A DNA stretch of 64,000 nucleotides from positions 58,528,001 to 58,592,000 of the forward strand of contig OX597828.1 of NCBI GenBank assembly GCA_951406725.2, in the 5' to 3' direction. Numbering within the stretch: position 1 is the first letter of the stretch; the number at the start of each line of letters is the position of its first letter. Made by a program: the position numbers and the translations under genes. Origin of the DNA: Octopus vulgaris (Eukaryota). The notes below the pieces were generated by a model, which did no database searches, had not been told where the DNA came from, and was given only the letters and a program-made list of their open reading frames with translations. Below, in pieces: positions 39,162 to 51,411 of this stretch.

Positions 39162-39675
39162 CTGTAAATCCTCGAGTATAATCCGCATTCCCCCCCCAAA
39201 AAAATTTAAAGGTCAAATTCCCTAGTGCGTACTATATACGAGGTTAAAAATGAGAATTATTTTCTAAGCAATGTCCGAGTCTCTATTTGCTGCCCGGCAA
39301 TGTTTATTCAGACACTTTTGTGATGTCGGGCGTGAAAATACCTTAAGCTAAGCCTGAAAGCAATGAAGTCATAAAAGAATCATCCATAACTTGAAGTAAG
39401 CAACATTTATTAAACGTTATTACTGTTATTTCTTTATTTTCTGCAAACAAAATGCACAAAAATGCTACACGTTTGCATTATGTAATATATACAATAATAA
39501 TAAAGGACGTTACCATATACATTTTTACAAACCAAGGACGTTATATAGACCTCCTTGACTCAAGTTAGAGAAGGGGTGCGTATTATACACAAGGTTTAGG
39601 TTTTTCAGAGGTACAGCCCCCTAAAAATCCCCTGCATATTATACTCAAGGGCGGACTATACTTGAGGATTTACGG
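39162..39675. mobile_element. pogo/Tigger-like MITE
   Basis: TA|CTGTAAATCCTCGAGTATAATCCGC ... GCGGACTATACTTGAGGATTTACGG|TA TIRs with TA TSD. Confidence 0.88.
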
Positions 39676-39687
39676 TATGCATGTATA

Positions 39688-39725
<38 letters not shown>

Positions 39726-39726
<1 letters not shown>

Positions 39727-41442
39727 CTTTCTATATAAAATTCACTCTCTATTCACATGTATGTGTCTACTTTATGCACAGCCAAACTGCTGAGTCAATC
39801 TGTACCAAATTTGGCATGAAGGTTTACTCGGTGAATGTTCTAGGGGATTCAAATTTTGGCCCTTACCCATATAGGGGGCTGCAGCTCCCCTCCCCCATGC
39901 AACCCTTCTGAATTTTTTTTCCAGCAGATTCCTATATTTTCAGTGAGGGAAATTCCGAATAGGCAAAAAAAACCATGTTTTCAACATTTTTAATTCACCC
40001 CCCCCCTCCCTGCAACTTTTAAATTTTAAACTTTTTTCAAATTTTTTTTCAATCAACATAGAAAAATAGAGAGATTAAGAATATAGAAAAGAAATTTTTA
40101 ATTAAAAATTTTTCATGAAGAACTCCAAAATTGATACACACACCTCTCACCACCCCATCATGTTGTCTAAACCTGAAAATGAATTGCTAAAAATAACAGC
40201 TAAATGTCTGGAAAATTTTGGTGTTTGTGCGTGCACACATGCAACAATTTCTACAGCTTATGTGAACGAACATAAAATTTGCAACATTTCTAAGATGTCA
40301 GCAAAGGCCAAGGTCTTGCAGCAGACGTCCTTGATTGTCTGGGATGAATGCACCATGTCTCACTGTGGAGCACTTGAAGCTGTTGACCGTAGCCTAAGAG
40401 ATTTAAGAGGAAAGGACATTTTTATGGGTGGTGTCACTGTAGTTTTGGCTGGAGATTTCAGACAAACCCTTCTTGTGATCCAAAAGGTACAAAGGCAGAT
40501 GAACTAAAGGCCTGTTTCAAGCAATCCTGTCTGTGGAGGCAAGTGACCAAACAGCACCTGATAGTTAACATAAGGTTCCAATTATTTGGTGATCAAACTG
40601 CTGGGCTGTTTTCACGCCAGCTTTTGAACATAGGCAATGTCTACCACATGCAGCAACACAGGAGGCGCAATGGCCCAGTTGTTAGGGCAGCGGACTCGCG
40701 GTCGGAGGATTGCGGTTTCGATTCCCAGATCGGGCGTTGTGTGTGTTTATTGAGCGAAAACACCCAAAGCTCCACGAGGCCCCAGCAGAGGGTGGTGGCA
40801 ACCTCTGTTGTACTCTTTCGCCTCAACTTTCTCTCACTCTTTCTTCCTGTTTCTTGTCCCCGACCTTCTACGCACCGCTGAGCCTGGATGCGCATTCATC
40901 CATCCGTCGATGCTCTCGGTGTCGGGGGTTGACCTGCTTTCTCTTTTGCGGGTCTTACGAATAGCAAAGGACCTCGTTTCGGACTTCTCCCAAACACTCA
41001 ACAAACAAACAAAAAGCAGCAACACAAGCTACCCTGTGGTGAGATGCTACCAACTGTCAATCATCTGAAATTGCATGTTTTTTCCAAACATTGCACAAAA
41101 CTTTAGCAAGTTAATGGCTATGTGAGTGAGTCATCTTAGCTCCACATAATGATACTGTCAACAAAATTAATTGGGATCCCTTGCAGCCCATTGCCACTGA
41201 TCAATGAGTGTCAAATCCCTTGACACTGTTATTGATCAGGACCAAGCTGTAGTTTTTCCAACTAAGTTCCTGGAGGGGCTGTGTGGTAAGCAGCTTGCTT
41301 ACCAACCACATAGTTCCGGGTTCAGTCTCACTGTGTGACACCTTGGGCAAGTGTCTTCTACTATAGCCTTGGGCCGACCAAAGCCTTGTGAGTGGATTTG
41401 GTAGACGGAAACTGAAAGAAGCCCATCGTATATATGTATATA

Positions 41443-41499
<57 letters not shown>

Positions 41500-42285
41500 G
41501 TGTTTGTGTGTCTGTGTTTGTCCCCCCACAACATCGCTTAACAACCGATGTTGGTGTGTTTACATCCCCGTAACTTAGCGGTTCGGCAAAAGAGACCAAT
41601 AGAATAAGTACTGGGCTTACAAAGAATAAGTCCTAGGGTCGATTTCCTCAACTAAAGGCGGGGCTCCAGCATGGCCGCAGTCAATTGACTGAAACAAGTA
41701 AAAGAGTAAGGGTAAAGAGCAGCCCCCTACAGCCACCTCACAATTTAACACTTAAAAAGGGCCCCTCCCCCCAATCATGCTGTTCAGGAATCAGGATCTA
41801 CCTTGCCTGTGCAATGGCACCAGACTGGTGGTGAAAGCAATGCAGCACCATGTCCTACAGGCAGCAATTATCACTGGTAAATATAAGGGTGAGGATGTCT
41901 TCATTCCACAGATTATGTTTATCCCATCTGACCTCCCCTTTGAATTTAAACAGCTCCAGTTCCCAGTGAGACTAAGTTTTGCTATGTCGATAAACAACTC
42001 TCAAGGTTGTTGGGCTTAACCTTGCTTTTCCCTGCTTCTCTCATGGGCAATTAGGTAGGATGTTCATGAGTTGGAAGCCCCAAAACTCTTTTTATTTGTA
42101 TCCCAATTAAAGGCCCCACTGAAAACATTGAATATTTAGAAGTTCTACAAAATTAAACTGATTGATTTCAGGATTTGTTTATACTCATATCATCTAATAG
42201 AATGTTTCTGAATAAATTTATTAGAATAAATATATTTCCTTTAACATTCTTTAAACTTCTAAGCAACACTGGGTACTTAGGCTAG
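39726..42285 (+). mobile_element. Helitron deletion derivative with PIF1-type helicase remnants
   Basis: A|TC start and CTAG|T end; LIVWDECTM, VVLAGDFRQTL, LCNGTRLVV and QFPVRLSFAMSIN.SQG motifs; two nested SINEs. Confidence 0.92.
40661..41015 (+). mobile_element. Young tRNA-derived SINE (family E) with 11-bp TSD
   Basis: A/B boxes TGGCCCAGTTG and GGTTTCGATTCC; (AAAC)n tail; TSD GCAGCAACACA at 40650-40660 and 41016-41026; CpG-rich. Confidence 0.88.
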
Positions 42286-42318
<33 letters not shown>

Positions 42319-42858
42319 TTCGAGACAATATTATATAATATTTTACTATAAAATTGGATTTAATCCTAAATCTGATTTTTTTTCCCTGTAATTTGGATTT
42401 ATTCCCTAATATTTATTATTATATATATATATATATATATATATATTACAAATTAAGATAGGGGTTGTGAGTGCAACCCACCATGGGATAACATATATCC
42501 AATATACTGCCAGTAAAGCACCCAACAAAGTTAATACATAAATGTTAAGAATTGCGATGCAATTAGTTCATTTATTGTATTATACGGGCGAAGGTAAATG
42601 TTTTACCTCAAATTCATAATACAAAATAAGAAAATGGAGAAATACACCTTAATCAATAATCAACTACCAGGTAATACCCATTCACATAATTTATTAACCA
42701 ACTACATATGAACATCAAGGTCAAACATAATAATACAGAACAAAACAGTGCACATCAATGAGTAATATGATACAATAAGTACAATATGTATAAATAAATA
42801 TAAACTATATCTTACAGTCGTATATATATAATTTAAAATTAAATAGAAGGTCTGAAAA

Positions 42859-42904
42859 CTACCTGATGAATGTCCTTAGAAGTAACAAGAAACAATTGTA
42901 GTGG
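42859..42904 (+). ncRNA. Minimal type I hammerhead ribozyme motif (Penelope pLTR type)
   Basis: CTAC-CTGATGA(42863)-ATGT..ACAA-GAAAC-AATT-GTA-GTGG; palindromic stem III CAATTG; closing pair of stem II mismatched. Confidence 0.55.
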
Positions 42905-43009
42905 ATAACTTAATTTTATTTAATTTATATAAAATTTTTTTATGTATTGGATTAAGTCTTTCTTTGTTTGATTTGCATAATAGTGGTTTTGTCTCTAATT
43001 AATATTATA

Positions 43010-43161
<152 letters not shown>

Positions 43162-43364
43162 TCATCATCATCATCGTTTAACGTCCACTTTCCATGCTAG
43201 CATGGGTTGGACGATTTGACTGCAGACTGGCGAACCAGATGGCTGTACCAGGCTCCAATCTTGATCTGGCAGAGTTTCTACAGCTGGATGCCCTTCCTAA
43301 TGCCAACCACTCCGAGAGTGTAGTGGGTGCTTTTACGTGCCACCAGCATGGGGGCCAGTCAGGC

Positions 43365-43815
43365 GGTACGACCATATATTCTGATTGTTGGGGTGCGTGC
43401 AATGGTATTACTGAAATGGAGAGCTGGTAGAAACGTTAGCACGTCGGGCGAAATGCTTAGCGGTATTTCGTCTGCCGTTACGTTGTGAGTTCAAATTCCG
43501 CCAAGTCGACTTTACCTTTCATCCTTTCGGGGTCGATAAATTAAGTACCAGTTACGCACTGGGGTCGATGTAATCGACTTAATACCTATGTGTGTCCTTG
43601 TTTGTCCCTTCTATGTTTAGCCCCTTGTGGGTAATAAAGAAATAGGTATTACTGAAATGGATGTGACCCTTCAAGGTGAACCATTCAGAAAACTTCGTAG
43701 ATCCAAAAACAAATGTCCACAAATTCTGTTGAATGTTACTGGAAGAACGTAAAAAGACGTTTTAAGAGTATGATGGGCGGACACACAGACATGGTTGAAT
43801 AATAACTAGATGAAA
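43365..43815 (+). mobile_element. Merlin (IS1016/ISXO2-like) transposase remnant split by a SINE
   Basis: GTTIYSDCWGA.NGI, VNHSENFVDPKTNVH, NSVECYWKNVKRRF..LDE; SINE B at 43421-43644 with duplicated GGTATTACTGAAATGGA. Confidence 0.85.
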
Positions 43816-44432
43816 GGTGAGAACACTGGAAAAAGTGAATGTTTTGAAAACATTGTGAAGCGCCTTTCAGAATGTGCTCATCCAGTTTTCAATGATAATT
43901 AGAAAATAAAATCCATTTTTGCCATAAATTAATAAAAAGTTAATAGTTTTTAATGTTTGCACATTTTGGGTAATTTTAGCCAATCAATAACCAGACATAT
44001 TGGTGTCTGTTTCCATAGTAACAAGCCATAGAGTCTAAGACAACCAAATATGAACCATTATGTTGCACGTTGGTTGGATTACTCGGTTATTCTGCGAACG
44101 TTGTGAAAGTAAGTCGCTGTATTTTGTGTTGTTGATTCGAACTGTTTATTGCATTTTGTAAAGCAAATTGTTATTAATTTCTCCCCGCGGGGAAATTATT
44201 ATTGTTGAATTATTATTGTTAAACTGTAATTATTTTTGTGTCGAAACGGTTTTTCAACATTATGGAGTGAAGAGAACTCGCCAACTTGATGCGTTGATGG
44301 ATATATGTCTGTGTTTGTAACAGGCGAAGAAAGAAAAATCCAAAAAGTAGCAACCCAGAAATTAAACTTTGCAGAAGCAGCCGGGAAGAAGGAAATTACA
44401 ATTAATATTGAAATTGAGAATCTAAGTGCTAC

Positions 44433-44702
44433 ATGAACAGTGAGTTTTCAAAGTGTGTCACGAGACCAGACATGTTTTTTCTTTATGACAAGATTGAAAC
44501 ATACAGAAGGAATGCATACACCAGTCGGTTTCTCCCAGGAACCACAATGTTCAGTAATTTGAGGAGTGCCTACTCTCACATTCCTGGAATTGACGGTTAT
44601 AATTTTCAACAGAGAACAGTTGAGCCCAGGGCTGAGTTTATGAACCCCAAAGATGGCACCAACATGCAACACGTGGAAGCAGACGGGCCAGTAAGAATTT
44701 AG
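44433..44702 (+). mobile_element. Second, more diverged Merlin transposase remnant
   Basis: FLPGTTMFSNLRSAY..I....Y....TV....EFMNPKDGTNMQHVE aligns to the ISXO2-like DDE core pattern. Confidence 0.65.
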
Positions 44703-44769
44703 AAGCTGCTTCTTTTGGTGATTTTTGTGAAGAAACTGGACCAAGTCACAGTCTTTCCCAAGAGATCAA

Positions 44770-45510
44770 AGCTTTAGACTATTTCCTCTTACTTTTTCTT
44801 TTGCGCCTGTTTGAAATAATTAGAGCAGAAACAAACTGTTACGCTGAAAGTCAACAAAGTGAAAAAATAAGGATAGTTTGTGGTTTCACACAAGCTCAAA
44901 TGAAATTAGAGCTTATATTGCCATAAATATTATTATGGGCATTAGAAAGCTACCTAGAATAACAAACTACTGGAGTAGTGATGAACCCTTTGGAAATGAA
45001 AGAATGACATGGACACGGTTTTTAAAATTGACTCAGTATTTACATACAAGAGACACAAGCAGTACACTAGTATGTGGAGAACCAGACTTTGATCCCTTAT
45101 TTAAAATAAAACCCCTCATTGACTATTCAAAACATATAAAACAGTGTATAAACCAGGGAGATATTTATCTATTGATGAGGGTGGGCTACAAAGGCAGAGT
45201 GCGTTTTCGACAGCCAGGAAAGCCCACAAAATGGGGGAATCAAAAGTGTGGAAGATTTCCAAATCGAATACTGGGTACTGCTCTGGATTTGAATTTTATA
45301 CTGGCAATTATGTTAGTCAACAGGAGCTAGGGTATGATGTGGTCTGGAATTTATCACTTCCGTACCATAACCAGGGCCATATATTATTTTTTGACTAGTT
45401 TTACAGTTCGGTCAAACTTGCAGAGAATTTAGATACTTTGGCAACATATACGTGTGCTACTGTGATCGCCAGTAGAAAAGGACTGCCTTTCGATATAAAA
45501 AAAGACAAAA
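44770..45510 (+). mobile_element. piggyBac transposase remnant, copy 1
   Basis: IIMGIRKLP..YWS, DPLFKIKPLID, LSIDE, YKGR, KPTKWG, GY...FEFYTG, HILFFD*FYSS; frameshifted. Confidence 0.9.
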
Positions 45511-45977
45511 TTAAAAATAGACAAAAATGTTGCATTCACAGAACAATCGGACAACAAAGAAACCTACACAGAAAAGCAAACGGTGCGCAGGAAGAAACAT
45601 TGCTTCATCGAATCACTAATGAACAAGGCCAACAGTACTGAATTGGGAGACCTAATCAGATTCGCCAAAAACAACAGATGTTCAAACGAAAAAGGAACGG
45701 CCAGAATATATACAAACACAACTGACTCAACATTGAAACAGTCGCCATACCAATATGACAACAAATACAGCAAAAATACGAGCTTTTTGCAGTTATGAAT
45801 TACAGATACTATACCATAAAAACATCCCTAAACATATACAGAATGGCTAAAACGTCACCGCTTCGATCCCGAACAATTTGCCCAACACACATTCGAAATC
45901 TGCCATAAAAATCAATCCCCAAATCAACGGACTACACATCACGGGCGCACCGAACAGCCGTAAATCTTATGTATTAA

Positions 45978-46964
45978 CCCCTTCGTTACTAATCTGGCCG
46001 TAGCCAGCCAAAACGTTTATTGGTTCATAAGACCGACTGAGGTTTTAGCTGGCCGACAGCACCCATTGTTCTTTAAATTTAAACCCAAACCTCGTTGGTA
46101 CATTCGTTAAAACATGTGATTTCACTTTGCTAACAGCTGAGTTATTGTATCCGACATTGTTTGCCATGATATTAGAACTCAGTAAATTTTGGAAGATTTT
46201 TTTTTTGTACATTTTTATCGGCGTTAATTCTTTTCAACTTTGAAAATGGAGAGGAGGAGTGATTCTGAATTTGAAGGCTTTTCAACGGAAGATATGGAGA
46301 TATTGAAGAAAAGAATGAATGAGGTGCAAAAGAACGTGGTGGACAAAAATGAACGAGATATTTCTGTATTCGAAACCGAAAGCAATTCTGAAGAAACTGA
46401 AAGCAATGACAGACAGCGAGGATAATTTTACACCAAGTTTTTATTAATTTTCTGAGGAGACAGGGTCTACCCATAGTCTTTCTAAGGAAGCAAAACCATT
46501 AGACTTTTTCTTTTTATTCTTTCCAGCATGCTTCTTTTGAAGCAATCTCTGCGGAAACAAACCGTTACGCAGAATGTAAACAAGCTGGAAGAAAAGATAG
46601 CTTGTGGTTTCCTACAACCGTAGACGAAATACGGGAATTTTTTTGCCATACATATTATTATTATGGGTATAAGGCAGTTACCCAGAATTACAAATTACTG
46701 GAGCAATCAGGAACCTTTTGGCGATAAGTATATTTCCAATATTATGACCCAAATACGATTTATAAAACTGAACCAATATTTACATGTGAGAGACACTAGC
46801 AGTGTGTGGAGAACCTAACTTTGATCCCTTATTTAAAATAAGACCCCTCATTGACTGCGTTCAAAATGCATATGAAACATTTTACAACCCTGGGAGATAC
46901 TTATCCATTAATGAGGGCATGGTGGGGGTATAAAGGAAGGGTACGCTTCCGACAGTATATGCCA
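45978..46964 (+). mobile_element. piggyBac 5' half, copy 2, truncated at the LTR element
   Basis: TTAA|CCCCTT left end; acidic N-terminus MERRSDSEFEGFS; ETNRYA..YKGRVRFRQYMP, homologous to copy 1. Confidence 0.88.
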
Positions 46965-46979
46965 TGTATATATATATAT

Positions 46980-49228
46980 TGTGGTGTTGGCAGTCGGTGT
47001 TATGGGACGTGATGAGCTACGTGGTGCTGGTGGAGAGGATGACAGATGAGGTGGGCGGAAGTAGGACTTGCAGGGTGCATGTGGTCATCGACGAAGCGGG
47101 CCAGTTCGAGCATAGACGACGAAGCTATGGGCCTCAAGCTATGGAGAGACAAGGCCGGCGCATTGGTGTTCCGGCGAGGGAATGAGAATCCCGAACTAGG
47201 CGCCAGCATGAGTAGACGGGAACTGTTCTCTGTGTGTGGGAAGCTGGTGGGACACTACCCGATTGCAGGATGGCTCCGGACAGCATATAGCTTCATCAAG
47301 AGACGAGCCGAAGGAGTGAAGTGGAACGATAGAGTGGGGGAGAAGACGACCAACATGATACAGGAAGTCTTGGTCAGAGTAAGAGCAGAGGACCCAGTGA
47401 GGGGCAGTTGGTATGTTCCCAAATCAAAGAGCGGGATTGTATGGTGTGACGCCAGTAGCATCGCAACAGGGGTTGTCTTAGAAGTGGGAGGTGTCATGGT
47501 GGAAGATGCAGCCTGGCTCAGGAAGACGGATGACTGCAATCATATCAACGTGGCGGAGTTGGATGCCGTGCTGAAGGGGGTGAACCTAGCCTTGAAGTGG
47601 GGGTTGCATACCATAGAAATCAGGACTGATTCGGCCACTGTACTTGGTTGGGTGACAGCAGTCATCACCAATGAGCGGAGGGTGTGGACCAAAGGGGCTG
47701 CAGAGATGCTGGTAAAGCGTTGATTGGGGATACTGCGTGAACTAACCACTAAGTTCAATCTGAAGCTGAGCGTGATTTTTGTGCCTTCCAAGAAGAACAG
47801 GGCGGATGTCCTGACCAGGGTAAAGCGAGCCTGGTTGCAGGTGCCAGAGGATGCGAAGCAGGCTGTAGCTGCAGTATGCCGTCTGAGTGACTCGGAGTTG
47901 CAGAGATTGCATACCATGCATCACATGGGTGTGGACAGGACATTGTTCCTAGCCAGAAAAATTGACTCTGATGTAACAAGACAGAGTGTGCAGAGAGTGG
48001 TGAGCAGCTGTGACAGGTGCCAGTCCATCGACCCTGCTCCGGGTGTACATGAGGCGGGAAGTATTGCGGTGGACATAACACACTACCGGCAGGGGACATA
48101 CCTCTCAATGGTTGACTGCGGACCGGGGCGGTTGGCAATATGGAGGGAGATGAAGACGGGGACCGCAGAGGAAATTATGAAAGTATTGAATGAGCTATTC
48201 CTGGAACGAGGCCCCGTGGATGAACTGCTTCTGGATAATGGCACTGCATTTCACTCGGAGGTGCTGAAAGAAATATTTGATGGGTGGAAGGTCAACCGCT
48301 TCTTCAGGGTGGCATACTGGCCAAGTGGAAATGGGGTGGTGGAAAGGCATCATCGTACCATCAAGACAATGGCAGAGAGGGGTCACATTTCACCAATCGA
48401 GGCTGTATTTTGGTACAATATGTCGCCCAGATCAGGACAGGCTGAGGAGTCGGTGCAATACAGGGCAATATTCAGGTATGAGTGGAGGCATCCGTGTACT
48501 GCATCAATGCGACCCAGGGCAGAGGAAGAGCATGCCTTCGTGCAGGTCAAGGAAGAAGTTTGGGTAAAACTCCCAAAAGCACGGTGTACATCACGATGGG
48601 GAAAGGGTACAATAACCTCTATAAATTCGAAGAACAACATCTCTGTCGATGGTATGCCACGCCATGTTTTGGATATACGGAAGATTGTCCATGCCTCAGA
48701 GGATGGAACCAGCAGCAGTGGGCAAGAAGATGAAGACAACATCAGTAGACAAGATGATGAAGCCAGCAGCAACATGCTAGGAACCAGTCCTAGGGTCGCA
48801 CTGCGACCAGAGAGGGAACGGCACCCTCCTCCCTGGTTGGCTGATTATGAAACCAGTTAAGGTGTGAGTTCGGGAATGCTGGTTCAGTGATCTGTAGATC
48901 AGGAGGGCGTGTGGTGTTGGCAGTCAGTGTTATGGGACGTGATGAGCTATGTGGTGCTGGTGGAGATGATGACAGATGAGGTGGGCAGAAGTAGGGCTTG
49001 CAGGGGCCGGTGGAAGACTGCAGGGTGCATGTATGGCAGGAAGCGGAAGCGGTCAAGCAGGACGCACGTGTGGTCATCGACGAAGCAGGCCAGTTCGAGC
49101 ATAGACGACGAAGCGACAGGACGTGTCGAATTCGTGAGAGACCGCTGATTTTCGTCGAAGGAAGACCTTTTGTATTTCTTTCTCCCGTTGCTTCTTCTTC
49201 TGTTGTCCTTTTCATCCATCATACTACA
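46980..49228 (+). mobile_element. Gypsy-like LTR retrotransposon, internally deleted (RNase H and integrase retained)
   Basis: LTRs start TGTGGTGTTGG at 46980 and 48910; the 3' LTR ends TACTACA at 49228 and is preceded by PPT AGGAGGGCG. Motifs WCDASS..HINVAELDAV..TDS..NRADVLTR, HHCC and D..DNG..NGVVERHHRT; one in-frame TGA at 47721. Confidence 0.92.
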
Positions 49229-49249
49229 CATATATATATATATATATGT

Positions 49250-49452
49250 TAGTTAGTTAGTTAATTTTTTTGGCTCAAAAAGCAAAAACATGTAGGGGGA
49301 CATGGAGTTATGTACAGGGTGGTGTTCATGTAAAGAGTTCAGGCCACTTGAGGTCAAGGGAGACTTTGAACCGAGCGGTCGTCGGCATCTTCACCATCTC
49401 ATCTGGCAGCTTATTCCACGGATCCGCAACCCGGACAGAGAAAGCGCCTCTC
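49250..49452 (-). mobile_element. 3' end of a CR1-like LINE with (TAAC)n tail
   Basis: AFSVRVADPWNKLPDEMVKMPTTARFKVSLD; homolog of 4255-4535. Confidence 0.7.
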
Positions 49453-49834
49453 ATTCGATTGATATATATATAAAAGAATACAAAATATGTGACAAGAATG
49501 CAACAGGCAACAACAAGACATCCAGACAGCTAGATGATAGAAAAAGGGACAAGAAAAAACAAGGGCAGGTCATTCATAGTTTTCTTTCATCAGCAGTAGC
49601 TTGAGAGCCAGCATGTGTAGAGATCACAGCTGGCAGTCCTAACAGTTCAGATAGATGACTCTTTACGAGGCATACTCCCAGTCAGCTCCCAGTGACAGCA
49701 GATGTCTGCCAACAGGGCATCTAGCAAATCTGGCATGAACACTTTGAATTCATAGGGCAGGCCATCCAAACCGGGCAATTAGCGATTTGTGCAATTGCTC
49801 ATCACCTCCTGTATTTCAATGGCCTTTTTTTACT

Positions 49835-51110
49835 TTTCTTTCAATTGCTGCAAAACTGTACAACAAACTGATTCTAAATTGTCATGTCCTTTTTGTTGAA
49901 CCTGTGCTCCGAAAGAACCAAAATGGATTCAGACATGGGCGCTCAATGCTGAGCCAGATACTATGCCTACACAGACTTATTGAAGAATCAAAAGCATTTA
50001 ATCACGATCTTGCAATGGTATTTGTAGACTTTTCTAAAGCGTTCGATTCTGTAGATAGGTACAAGATGTTTGAAATCCTTAAGCTCTATGGAATACCAGA
50101 CAAAATCATTTCTGCCATCAAGGTCCTCTACACAGATACGTCTTCAACCATCTTAACCCCTGATGAAGAAACATCATCTTTCTCAATCAAAGCCGGAATA
50201 CTGCAGGGAGACACACTCGCCCCATTTCTTTTCATCATTGTCGTTAACTATGTGCTACGTATGTCAGTTGATACCATCTCTGGCAAGGGCTTTGAAATAA
50301 AACCAAGAAGAAGTTCCAGACACCCAGCTGATTACTTGACAGACACTGACTTTGCTGACGACATCGCTCTTATCAGTGATTCTCTCTCCAATGCCCAATC
50401 TCTTTTACAATCTCTCGAACAAGCCTCAAATTGTGTAGGTCTTTACCTCAATGAGGCCAAGACTGAATATATAAACAAGTGCCTGTCCAACAGTGATTGC
50501 ATCATCCATACTCTCAACAATGTGCCCTTAAATATGGTTTCTGATTACAAATATATTGGGTCATACATATCTGGAAAAGATTTTCTAACTAGAAAGGGTA
50601 TGGCCTGGTCAGCCTGTAATGACATGCATAAGATCTGGTCATCAAATCTAAGTAGAGACTTCAAACTTGAAATCTTTGAAGCCACAGTCGAACCAATTCT
50701 ACTATATGGCTCAGAAACCTGGACGTTATCAAAGAAGCTTTAGAGGCGGGTGGATGGAACCTACACTCGCCTCCTTATGAGAGCTCAAAATCTCTCGTGG
50801 AAGCGCCATCCAACCAAAATGCAAATATATGGGAAACTACTACCTGTGTCATCTCTTGTGAAAGGTAGGAGAGTCCAGTTTGCTGGACATTGTTGTAGAG
50901 CTGAAAAAGAGGTAATTTCTACTCTCCTCCTCTGGAAGCCATCTACTCGCAATGCCAGAGGGCGCACACTCTCCTACCCTGATGTAATCTCCAGGGATAC
51001 AGGCATCCAGCAACAGGACCTCCATAATGCCATGATGGACCGTGAAGTCTGGCGTAGCATAGTAAATTGCATTGTCTCGACCATGGTTGAACAATGATGA
51101 TGATGATGAT
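49835..51110 (+). mobile_element. 5'-truncated RTE-clade LINE (RT domain) with (GAT)n tail
   Basis: NQNGFR, FVDFSKAFDSV, GILQGDTLAPFLF, FADDI, ILLYGSETW, FAGHC; single stop at 50741. Confidence 0.92.
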
Positions 51111-51411
51111 TGACTTTTTGCAGAACCTCAAGTCTGTTGGCAAGGGCCATGGCAAGCAGCCCAGGATTGAACTAAAGTTAACTACAATTGCCGACCCAGT
51201 CACCCATGCCCATCTCAATCTGTCAAAGACCTGATTGTTGTTTGGTTGTCACATCGTGTCCCTACTCTTTGGGCCCACTGGAAGGTTTTAGCTTTTCATG
51301 TTTTAGTGTACGGGCCTTAGCTCTGATAATGTAGCTTTCATGTTTTACCTTAAAGAAATGGTCAAGGGCCATTCTCACTGCCAGCACCATCAGCCATGAT
51401 GCCTTTACTAA

